IMG/VR virus record: IMGVR_UViG_3300003471_000084
Span: 1 to 62,083 of that record
Reading direction: 5' to 3' (one strand)
Length of the DNA stretch: 62,083 nt
DNA from: a virus
Taxonomy: Duplodnaviria > Caudoviricetes
Both the position numbers and the translations under genes were made by a program. The notes below the pieces were generated by a model. The model was not told the origin of the DNA and did no database searches. It saw nothing but the letters and a program-made list of their open reading frames with translations. The stretch's first letter is position 1. Each line of letters begins with the position of its first letter. Below, piece after piece: positions 8,332 through 17,100 of the stretch.

Positions 8332-8883
8332 ATGAAGGTATTAAGACAAAGAGAATTGGAAGTTAAGAATATTCGGGTTGGTGACCAGATCGTCATCCCG
8401 TTGGCTGAGCTTGGTGAATTTACCGCAACTGCGCAGAAAATCACAGACAAAGGACCGTTGTTCTTGTTTGACGAATGCATTGCAAAGCAGCCTATGAATA
8501 AGAAATGGACCAACAAAGGCGGTTATGAAAAATCGGATCTCCGAAAGTGGATCAACACGACGTTGCTGGATGCATTTCCGGAAGAATTGAAGAACAGGAT
8601 GAACAATCTTACCATTCCTACATACGGCCAGATATTCGGCCATGACGATTGGTATGATCGTGCTATAGAGCCTGACAGTGACGAGCAGTTTCCTCTCATG
8701 GTAATAAGAAAAAACCGTATTGCCGACTTCAACAACGACTACGAATGGTACTGGCTGGCAAACGCAACGAGAGAAGAAGTGTCTGCGTCTTCTTTCGCTC
8801 GTGTGTACCACGATGGCGGTACGTACTACGACGGCGCGTCGATCTCTCTTGGGGTTCGTCCGGCATTCGTGTTGGTTGACTAG
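8332..8883 (+). CDS. Remote DGR target: stand-alone DUF6273/C-type-lectin-like protein
   Basis: C-terminal VR matches TR; GGYEKSDL, IPTYGQIFG, QFPL, WYWL and GVRPAF motifs parallel those of 55076..56050. Confidence 0.88.
   Translation: MKVLRQRELEVKNIRVGDQIVIPLAELGEFTATAQKITDKGPLFLFDECIAKQPMNKKWTNKGGYEKSDLRKWINTTLLDAFPEELKNRMNNLTIPTYGQIFGHDDWYDRAIEPDSDEQFPLMVIRKNRIADFNNDYEWYWLANATREEVSASSFARVYHDGGTYYDGASISLGVRPAFVLVD
8780..8863 (+). repeat. DGR variable repeat VR2
   Basis: 84 bp colinear with TR 57119-57202; 15 mismatches, all at TR adenines. Confidence 0.95.
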
Positions 8884-8908
8884 ATCTCCGCCCCTCGTGG
8901 GCGGGATC
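8883..8908 (+). other. Post-VR2 GC-rich hairpin (DGR homing element)
   Basis: GATC-T-CCGCCC-CTCGT-GGGCGG-GATC; same position and loop type as the hairpin after VR1. Confidence 0.75.
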
Positions 8909-8948
8909 AACGAAGTACGAATAAATCAAGTAAAGAAGGAGAACAAAT

Positions 8949-9710
8949 ATGGGCAAATTTAACATATCAAACATTGCTAAAAGTGTACGGACGGCAATGA
9001 AAAAACATAGTCCGGAGATTCTTACTGGCATTGGGGTTGCTGGTATGATCACCACCGCTGTACTGGCGGTAAGAGCTACGCCAAAAGCCCTTATTCTCAT
9101 TGAAGAGAAAAAAGATGAGCTGGAAGTGGACGAGCTTACACCTGTCGAAACGGTCAAGGCTGCGTGGCCTTGTTATATTCCGGCGGCTATCACTGGCGTT
9201 CTATCAACAGCTTGCCTTATCGGTGCAAGCTCTGTAAATGTTCGACGAAACGCTGCGCTAGCAACTGCCTATACTCTTTCCGAGTCCGCTCTCAAGACCT
9301 ATCAGGAAAAGGTTATCGAAACGATCGGTGAGAAAAAGGAGCAGGATGTTAGGGACGCCGTAGCCAAGGATCATGTTACAAGAAATCCGGTTCGCAGCAA
9401 CGAAGTCATAATAACCGAGAGGGGTAATACGCTCTGCTTGGATGTTCTTTCTAAGCGATATTTCAGATCCGATATCGACAAATTGAAAAAGGCTGAGAAT
9501 GAACTTAACCGTCAGATGAGAAACGATATGTTTATATCACTCAATGAGTTCTATGACGAACTTGGGTTAGACCACATCGATATAGGTGACGATTTTGGAT
9601 GGGATATCGATAAGGGGTATATCGAGTTGGATTTCAGCTCGCAGCTTGCTTCTGATGGAACTCCGTGCCTTGTCATAGGACATAGTAATCGACCAGATTA
9701 TCGTCGCTGA
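8949..9710 (+). CDS. DUF6353-like phage protein, paralog 2
   Basis: KKHSPEILTGIGVAG...LNEFYDELG. Confidence 0.75.
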   Translation: MGKFNISNIAKSVRTAMKKHSPEILTGIGVAGMITTAVLAVRATPKALILIEEKKDELEVDELTPVETVKAAWPCYIPAAITGVLSTACLIGASSVNVRRNAALATAYTLSESALKTYQEKVIETIGEKKEQDVRDAVAKDHVTRNPVRSNEVIITERGNTLCLDVLSKRYFRSDIDKLKKAENELNRQMRNDMFISLNEFYDELGLDHIDIGDDFGWDIDKGYIELDFSSQLASDGTPCLVIGHSNRPDYRR

Positions 9711-9791
9711 GGTTCTTCTCTTCGCGAAAATAACACAGCCTTTAATGGAAGAACAAAGTAAACTTTTCTAAATTTGAAAGGAGAAATAACA

Positions 9792-10043
9792 ATGGAAACC
9801 AACGAAATCATGAACAATGAAGAGGTTATTGAAGTAACTGAGGGAATCGCAACTGCGAGTTCTGGTAAAGGTTTAAAGATTGCTGTCGGCATTGGTTTGG
9901 CTGTACTTGCGAGCGGACTCGCTTATCGGTACATCGTCAAGCCGATGGTGGCAAAAATCAAGACCGGTAAGGAAGAGCGGAAGATTTTCGTAGTGAACGA
10001 TGATCGATTCAACAATGACGAAGAGGAACCGGAGGAAAACTGA
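9792..10043 (+). CDS. Small membrane protein
   Basis: RBS TTGAAAGGAGAAA; TM segment; between promoter motif 9723 and terminator 10068-10102. Confidence 0.65.
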   Translation: METNEIMNNEEVIEVTEGIATASSGKGLKIAVGIGLAVLASGLAYRYIVKPMVAKIKTGKEERKIFVVNDDRFNNDEEEPEEN

Positions 10044-10126
10044 ATTAGAAAAACAGAGTTCGGATAAGGGAGAGTACCTATAACAAGGTGCTTTCCCTTT
10101 TTCGTTTCCTGGAGAGGAGGAAATCT

Positions 10127-10318
10127 ATGAATCGATATACATACGACGGACCGGTTATGGAGTTTGAGAATTGTATTTACGATCGTTGGAAAGCTTCTAC
10201 GTACGCCGTATCTGAAAGCAAAGCAAAGAGCAATCTTGCTTACCAATTCAAGAAAAATCACAATAGAGTACCTAACACAAAGATTACTCTGCCCGGGAAA
10301 CTTGTTTTGGTTCAGTGA
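10127..10318 (+). CDS. Hypothetical phage protein
   Basis: RBS GAGGAGG before ATG 10127. Confidence 0.65.
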   Translation: MNRYTYDGPVMEFENCIYDRWKASTYAVSESKAKSNLAYQFKKNHNRVPNTKITLPGKLVLVQ

Positions 10319-10333
10319 AAGGAGACTATATAG

Positions 10334-10948
10334 ATGCAAGAATACAAGGCAAATTCCCATAAATCCAAAGAAGAGCAGAGCGATCCTGTTCCTGAAAAGA
10401 AAGTGGAAAAGGTAATTGCTGGAACAGTCAAGTCCAAAAAGAAAGGCGAGCTTCAAAAATTTACTGACGTCTTTATTTCAGAAGATGTCGGCAAGGTAAA
10501 GTCTTATATTCTGATGGACGTACTGATTCCAGCATTGAAAAAAGCCATATCAGACATCGTAACAAACGGTATTGATATGATTCTTTATGGCGAAACCGGA
10601 AACACAAAGAAAAATACCCCCGGATCTAAGGTGTCCTATAGGAGCTATTACGACCGGGCCAATGATCGCAGAGACGATAGACGTGACAATGACAGGACAA
10701 GATCCGGCTACAACTACGACGATATCATTTTGGATAATCGTGGTGAAGCGGAGGATGTTCTTTCCAGCATGGATGAGCTGGTGTCTACTTACGGTTTGGT
10801 TAGCGTCGCAGATTTGTATGATTTGGTCGGTATCACCGGCAATTATACGGATAACAAGTACGGATGGACTAATCTACAGAGTGCCTCCGTGGTTCGAGTA
10901 AGAGAAGGCTACATGCTCAAACTCCCCAAAGCACTACCATTAAAATAA
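10334..10948 (+). CDS. Hypothetical phage protein
   Basis: RBS AAAGGAG; C-terminal SVADLYDLVG...YGW resembles the DUF6353 C-terminal motif. Confidence 0.7.
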   Translation: MQEYKANSHKSKEEQSDPVPEKKVEKVIAGTVKSKKKGELQKFTDVFISEDVGKVKSYILMDVLIPALKKAISDIVTNGIDMILYGETGNTKKNTPGSKVSYRSYYDRANDRRDDRRDNDRTRSGYNYDDIILDNRGEAEDVLSSMDELVSTYGLVSVADLYDLVGITGNYTDNKYGWTNLQSASVVRVREGYMLKLPKALPLK

Positions 10949-10963
10949 AAGGAGATTTTAACC

Positions 10964-11893
10964 ATGAAAACAGCAGGTATTATGAATAGCGTTAGCAAGA
11001 CCTTTAACAAGGTCGGCTTCCAGCTTAAAAAACATAGCCCGGAGATTTTAGTCATTGCGGGCGTTGTTGGTGTTGTTACCAGTGCCGTTATGGCTTGTAA
11101 GGCTACCACCAAGGTAAGCGAAATTCTGGACCAGACCAAGGAAGACGTCGATAAGATTCACGGAGTTCTGGCTGATGAATCCTTGAGCGAAGAGTACACC
11201 ATCGAAGATAGCAGAAAAGATTTAGCGGTTGTTTACGCCCAGACAGGTATCAAGCTGGTGAAGCTTTACGGTCCTTCGGTGCTGCTCGGTGCCCTATCGA
11301 TTACTGGAATTCTGGCATCCAACAATATTCTTCGCAAGAGGAATGTGGCTCTGGCGGCGGCATATGCAACCATTGACAAAGGTTTCAAAGAGTACAGAAG
11401 CCGCGTAGTCGAGCGTTTTGGTGAAGAAATTGACCGTGAGCTGAAATACAACATTAAAGCCAAGAAGATCGAGGAAATTGTCGTTGACGAAAACGGCAAG
11501 GAAAAGAAGGTCAAGAGCACTATCAACGTGGCTGACCCTAACACTTACAGCGACTACGCTCGTTTCTTTGACGATGGATGCAAGTATTGGGAGAAAAATT
11601 CAGAATCTAATCTGTTTTTCCTTAAATCAGAACAGAACTTCGCCAATGACCGCCTCAGAGCGAGGGGTTATTTGTTCTTGAACGAAGTCTACGAACGACT
11701 TGGTATTCCGACAACGAAGGCTGGTCAGATTGTCGGTTGGGTATATAATCCCGATCAGCCCAACGGTGATAACTACGTTGATTTCGGAATCTATGATATT
11801 TTCAAAGAGAAGGCTCGTGATTTTGTAAACGGTTACGAGCGGTCAATTCTTCTTGACTTCAACGTTGATGGTAACATCCTGGACTTGATGTAA
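10964..11893 (+). CDS. DUF6353-like phage protein, paralog 3
   Basis: KKHSPEILVIAGVVG...LNEVYERLG...VGW. Confidence 0.75.
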   Translation: MKTAGIMNSVSKTFNKVGFQLKKHSPEILVIAGVVGVVTSAVMACKATTKVSEILDQTKEDVDKIHGVLADESLSEEYTIEDSRKDLAVVYAQTGIKLVKLYGPSVLLGALSITGILASNNILRKRNVALAAAYATIDKGFKEYRSRVVERFGEEIDRELKYNIKAKKIEEIVVDENGKEKKVKSTINVADPNTYSDYARFFDDGCKYWEKNSESNLFFLKSEQNFANDRLRARGYLFLNEVYERLGIPTTKAGQIVGWVYNPDQPNGDNYVDFGIYDIFKEKARDFVNGYERSILLDFNVDGNILDLM

Positions 11894-11968
11894 ATGTCCA
11901 GATACTCTTGACTACCCTTGGGTCTTTCATATGGCCTGAGGGTAGTTCTTTATTTAAGGAGACTTTAC

Positions 11969-12484
11969 ATGCGAAGGACAATTCAAATACTCATCATCTC
12001 TTTGATGGTCGGTTTAGTATTCGCATCATGTGCGAAGCCTGAAACCCAGACAAATGAGATGGTACAAGAATCGGTGGTGATCGCAGAGCCTGTTAACTCG
12101 ATCATTCCTACTCACATTAGTCGTCCACAAGAAACGGTGATTCCAAAAGAGGAACCTTTTTCAGACGAAGAAGTTGAAGCTATATCAAAAACCTTAGCTG
12201 GAGAATGCTACGATGATAAATTGAACGATAAGCGAAAAGTCGTCGAGGTTATTCTTAACCGTGTTTCCGATGGTCGATTCGGAGATAGCGTTATCGAAGT
12301 AGTCACGGCGAAAGGTCAATTTAACGGCTATTGGAAACAAAGTCGTTCTGTCAGCGACAGTGATATTCGGATTGCCAAGGAAACTCTCCGTGATTGGTAT
12401 AGCAATGATTGTAAAAAGTTATCCGAATATCTATTCTTCTGCGCTGGATCAAACCGGGAAAACAAATTTCGAACGAAATATTAG
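11969..12484 (+). CDS. SleB-like cell wall hydrolase, putative lipoprotein
   Basis: Signal peptide with FASC lipobox-like motif; LAGE catalytic Glu, VILNRV, EVV..KGQF. Confidence 0.75.
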   Translation: MRRTIQILIISLMVGLVFASCAKPETQTNEMVQESVVIAEPVNSIIPTHISRPQETVIPKEEPFSDEEVEAISKTLAGECYDDKLNDKRKVVEVILNRVSDGRFGDSVIEVVTAKGQFNGYWKQSRSVSDSDIRIAKETLRDWYSNDCKKLSEYLFFCAGSNRENKFRTKY

Positions 12485-12500
12485 GAAGGAGCAAATAACA

Positions 12501-12617
12501 ATGACTAGAGGGTTAGCATTTATATCTTACATGTTATCGGCTATGGCCGGTATCTGTTTTGTCGGCGGTATCGCCGTATTATCTGGAGGAGGTAAAGTCA
12601 AGAATGGATGGGCTTGA
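12501..12617 (+). CDS. Small hydrophobic protein
   Basis: RBS AAGGAG; single TM. Confidence 0.55.
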   Translation: MTRGLAFISYMLSAMAGICFVGGIAVLSGGGKVKNGWA

Positions 12618-12762
12618 AAACCTCATAGCAACTTTCGACTACATACTGGATACCAAACGTAAAAGACATATTATGGGCGGTATCCTGTTGAGTGTTTCCT
12701 TCCTATTCGGAGGGTTGGCTCTTACAGTCATGACTATCAAAAAGGAGAATAACGATGAATAA
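12604..12762 (+). CDS. Small membrane protein
   Basis: RBS GGAGG; TM segment. Confidence 0.6.
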   Translation: MDGLENLIATFDYILDTKRKRHIMGGILLSVSFLFGGLALTVMTIKKENNDE

Positions 12763-13363
12763 ATTTGGAAGTTTTCTGATGTTTGTCATCGGTGCTGCTG
12801 TCGGCTCTGTTGCAACATGGCAAATCGTCAAGAAAAAATACGAGCAAATCGCTCAGGATGAGATCGACTCGGTCAAAGAGGTATTCTCTAACAAGAAAAC
12901 TAATGAAGCCGATAACGCCGATGTCCGCAATAAGGCTAATCAGGCGAAAGAAAAACCTGGGGTAGCCGAATACGCGGCAATGCTGAATAAGCAGGGGTAT
13001 ACCAACTATTCAAACAAGGAAGCGAATGTAAAAGACGCTTCTGTCAAAAAAGAGGAGGGTCAAGTGTCAATGGCAGCAGACAAACCTTATGTAATCGAGC
13101 CGGAAGAGTTTGGCGAAGCTGACGGTTATGAGCAAATCAGCCTCACCTACTACGCCGATCAGGTTCTGGCCGACGAGGACGATGACTTAGTCGAAGACGT
13201 TGAGAACGTCGTCGGATTCGAGTCTCTGGAAAGCTTTGGAAAGTTTGAGGACGATTCGGTATTTGTCAGGAATGACAGACTGAAATGCGATTTCGAGATT
13301 CTCCTTGACCAAAGAAATTATTCAGATGTCCGTAAGCTAAAGCCGCATCAGAGGGAGGATTAA
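12755..13363 (+). CDS. Hypothetical protein, N-terminal membrane anchor, acidic C-terminal domain
   Basis: RBS AAGGAG; overlaps upstream stop. Confidence 0.7.
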   Translation: MNKFGSFLMFVIGAAVGSVATWQIVKKKYEQIAQDEIDSVKEVFSNKKTNEADNADVRNKANQAKEKPGVAEYAAMLNKQGYTNYSNKEANVKDASVKKEEGQVSMAADKPYVIEPEEFGEADGYEQISLTYYADQVLADEDDDLVEDVENVVGFESLESFGKFEDDSVFVRNDRLKCDFEILLDQRNYSDVRKLKPHQRED

Positions 13364-13927
13364 ATGACCAGAGACGAGCTGAACAACGAATATTTCGATT
13401 GGATGTACCAGCTCGTATGCAATGAGAACTATTTTAAGGGCCTGTCCCATCGGAAGCTTTTAAGTTATTTGCATAGCGTGGATTTCACATACACGATTGC
13501 GATGGATGGTAATAGAGCTGAAGATGGGATAGACCTTAGATATCGATTTGGTTACGAGCGTGGTTACGCCGGGCCTATAATTGCGTCATATTTGGATGAT
13601 CGGGCTTGCAGTGTCTTAGAGATGCTGGTGGCTCTAACCATTCGATGTGAGGAACATATTATGGACGATCCCGATGTAGGCAATCGAACAGGACAATGGT
13701 TCTGGAACATGATCGTAAATCTTGGTTTAGGACGAATGAACGATATTCAGTTTTTAAAGACCTACGTGGATGGTGTCATATCGAAATTCCTTGACCGAGG
13801 ATACGAACGAAATGGTGCTGGCGGACTATTTGTTCTCAAGCACTGTAACCGCGACATGAGGTCTATCGAAATTTGGTACCAGATGTGTTGGTACTTGGAC
13901 GAAGTTTTGGGAAGCAGGAGGTGTTAA
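13364..13927 (+). CDS. Hypothetical phage protein
   Basis: RBS GGAGG; directly follows upstream stop. Confidence 0.7.
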   Translation: MTRDELNNEYFDWMYQLVCNENYFKGLSHRKLLSYLHSVDFTYTIAMDGNRAEDGIDLRYRFGYERGYAGPIIASYLDDRACSVLEMLVALTIRCEEHIMDDPDVGNRTGQWFWNMIVNLGLGRMNDIQFLKTYVDGVISKFLDRGYERNGAGGLFVLKHCNRDMRSIEIWYQMCWYLDEVLGSRRC

Positions 13928-13929
13928 TA

Positions 13930-14124
13930 ATGATCAGTTATATTTTAGGAAGCCTACAAGCTACTGAAAAAGCACTCAGGCGTCAAACGAGGATTACAGC
14001 CGTAGCCCTCTTAGTCGCAAATATCGGGTTTTGGGTTATGACGACCCGTTTGAAAGAAAAAGACAAACAAATTGAAAAGCTCAACAATGAACTTGAGGAG
14101 CTTAAGCGCGCCGAAGGAGAATAA
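13930..14124 (+). CDS. Small membrane/coiled-coil protein
   Basis: RBS AGGAGG before ATG 13930. Confidence 0.6.
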   Translation: MISYILGSLQATEKALRRQTRITAVALLVANIGFWVMTTRLKEKDKQIEKLNNELEELKRAEGE

Positions 14125-14130
14125 CATGCA

Positions 14131-17100
14131 ATGATAGACTTTCTATTGATTTCAACACGCAGTACCAAGCGTGGCGTCATTGAAATCTATCCAAAGTTCA
14201 TCATTAAAAAAAGCCACGATCTAATGATACGAGGAGGTGACTTCTACGCTATCTGGATCGAAGAACGTGGCTTATGGTCTACAGACGAGCAAGATGCCTT
14301 GCAGTTAATAGATCGCGAACTGGATAGATACGCAGAAGAAAACCGCCAGCGCTTCGACTCCGATATTCGAGTCCTTCACATGTGGGATGCGGAAACAGGC
14401 ATGATTGACACATGGCATAAGTATTGCCAAAGGCAGATGCGAGATTCCTTTCATATGCTGGATGAGAAACTTATATTCTCCAACACCAACACCAATAGGA
14501 AAGATTACGCCAGTAAAAAGCTGAGTTATCCGCTTGAAGCTGGCGATTTTTCTGCTTATAACAAGTTGATGTCTACTCTATACACTGAGGAGGAACGTCA
14601 CAAAATTGAATGGGCAGTTGGTTCAATTGTGTGCGGTGAGTCTAAGAAATTGCAGAAGTTTATGGTTCTGTATGGCGCTGCTGGAACTGGTAAATCCACC
14701 GTGCTGAATATTATCCAACAGCTATTCGAGGGATATTACTCTGTGTTCGATGCAAAAGCTCTTGGTTCTTCTAATAATTCATTTGCATTAGAGGCTTTCA
14801 AGAGCAACCCTCTTGTAGCGATTCAACATGACGGGGACCTTTCTAAAATTGAAGACAACACGCGGCTTAACAGCTTGGTTTCTCACGAGCTTATGACGGT
14901 GAACGAAAAGTTCAAGTCGGCATACTCTAATCGGTTTAAATGCTTTCTATTCATGGGCACCAACAAACCAGTCAAGATTACGGATGCAAAATCAGGTCTT
15001 ATCCGAAGATTGATTGACGTGTCCCCTTCTGGCAACAAATTGAGTGCCGGCGAGTACAAAAAAACCGTTAAGCAGGTCGATTTTGAAATCGGGGCTATCG
15101 CTTATCACTGCCAAGAGGTTTATTTGAGCGACCCCGGTAAGTACGACGACTATATTCCGATGGCGATGCTTGGCGCGTCGAATGATTTTTACAACTTTAT
15201 CATCGACTCATACCATGTGTTTAAAAAGGAAAACGGAACAACTCTAAAAGCCGCTTGGGAGATGTACAAGACATATTGTGATGACGCAAAGGTAACATTT
15301 CCATTTTCACAACGAATCTTTAAAGAGGAACTTAAAAACTATTTCCGGGACTACAAGGAGCGGTTCAACTTCGATGATGGTACTCGTGTTCGAAGCTATT
15401 ATGAAGGGTTCCGAACTGAAAAGTTTGAGGATCAAAAAGCCGATGGCGAAGTAAAAAAAAACGATATTTCGCTGATTCAATTCAGCAGTCAGAAATCCAT
15501 ATTTGACAAGGAGTGTGGGGATTGCTTCGCTCAGTACGCTACTGACAAGGAAATACCATCTAAAAAGTGGGAAAAGATCACTTCAAAACTGTCAGAACTA
15601 AATACGTCCAGGATTCACTATGTTCGAGTTCCTGAAAACCATATCGTCATTGATTTCGACATTACGGACGAAGCGGGTCAAAAATCCTTCGAAAAGAATG
15701 TCGAGGAAGCAAGCAAATGGCCGCCTACATATGCGGAACTTAGTAAAGGTGGTGCGGGTATTCATCTGCATTATATTTACACCGGGGATGTATCCAAGCT
15801 TAGCCGGGTTTATGACGACCATATAGAAGTTAAGGTGTTCGCTGGCAATAGTTCATTGAGGAGGAAACTTACAAAATGTAACAACTTGCCTATCGCGACG
15901 ATTAGCTCCGGATTACCACTAAAAGGAGAAAAAATGGTAAATTTCGAAGGGATCAAAAGCGAGAAAGGGCTTAGAACATCGATTAAAAAGAATCTCAACA
16001 AGGAGGTTCATCCGGGTACTAAGCCCAGTATCGATTTCATTTACAAGATTCTCGAAGATGCATACGCTAGTGAACTGAAATACGATATCACAGACATGCG
16101 AAATGCTGTCTTAGCGTTTGCAGCGAGCAGCACAAATCAAGCTGACTACTGTATTAAACTCGTTAACAAGATGCAGTTTAAATCGGCTGACATTTCTGCT
16201 GGAGTAAAAAACGAAGACGCAAAGCTGGTGTTCTACGACATTGAGGTCTTCCCTAATCTATTCTTGGTGAACTGGAAGATTGAAGGCGAAGGAAAGCCGA
16301 TTGTGCGTATGATTAACCCCTCTCCATCCGAGGTTGAAGATCTGATGAGGTTCAGACTGGTCGGATTCAACTGCCGCCGGTACGATAATCATATTCTGTA
16401 CGCAAGGCTGATGGGTTACACAAACGAACAGCTCTATAACCTTTCACAGAGAATCATCTCGGGTAGCGCAAATTGCTTCTTTGGTGAAGCCTATAACGTT
16501 TCTTATACGGACGTTTATGATTTCGCATCTGCTGGTAATAAGATGAGTCTTAAAAAATGGGAGATTAAACTTTGTATTCATCACCAAGAACTTGGTCTTC
16601 CGTGGGATCAGCCGGTTGCTGAGGATTTGTGGGTTAAGGTTGCTGAGTATTGCGACAACGATGTCATAGCAACTGAAGCGGTGTTTAATCATTTGTCTGG
16701 GGATTGGACAGCAAGACAGATTCTGGCCGATTTGGCTGGTATGACAGTTAATGACACCACTAACACTCTGACAACGAGAATTATATTTGGAACCAATAGA
16801 AAACCACAAGAACAGTTTAACTACCGGGATCTGTCACAGCCAGTTTATCATCTTGATTCGGATGTAAAAAAATTCTTGGAAGAAGCAAAACCCGAGATGA
16901 TGGCCCAGACTCATGGAGAGGCTCAAAGTCTACTTCCGTATTTTCCGGGCTACAAATATGAGCGTGGAAAGTCTACTTATCGTGGTATTGAAGTTGGAGA
17001 AGGCGGATGTGTTCGAGCCAAGCCGGGTATGTATGGGAATGTGGCGCTCCTTGATGTGGGATCGCAACACCCAAACAGCGCCATTTGTGAAGTCCTTTTT

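Noticed and set aside
8341-8910. 189-aa minus-strand ORF over the remote DGR target
   Set aside because: The + frame has the RBS, lectin-like motifs and AAY-codon phasing of the VR
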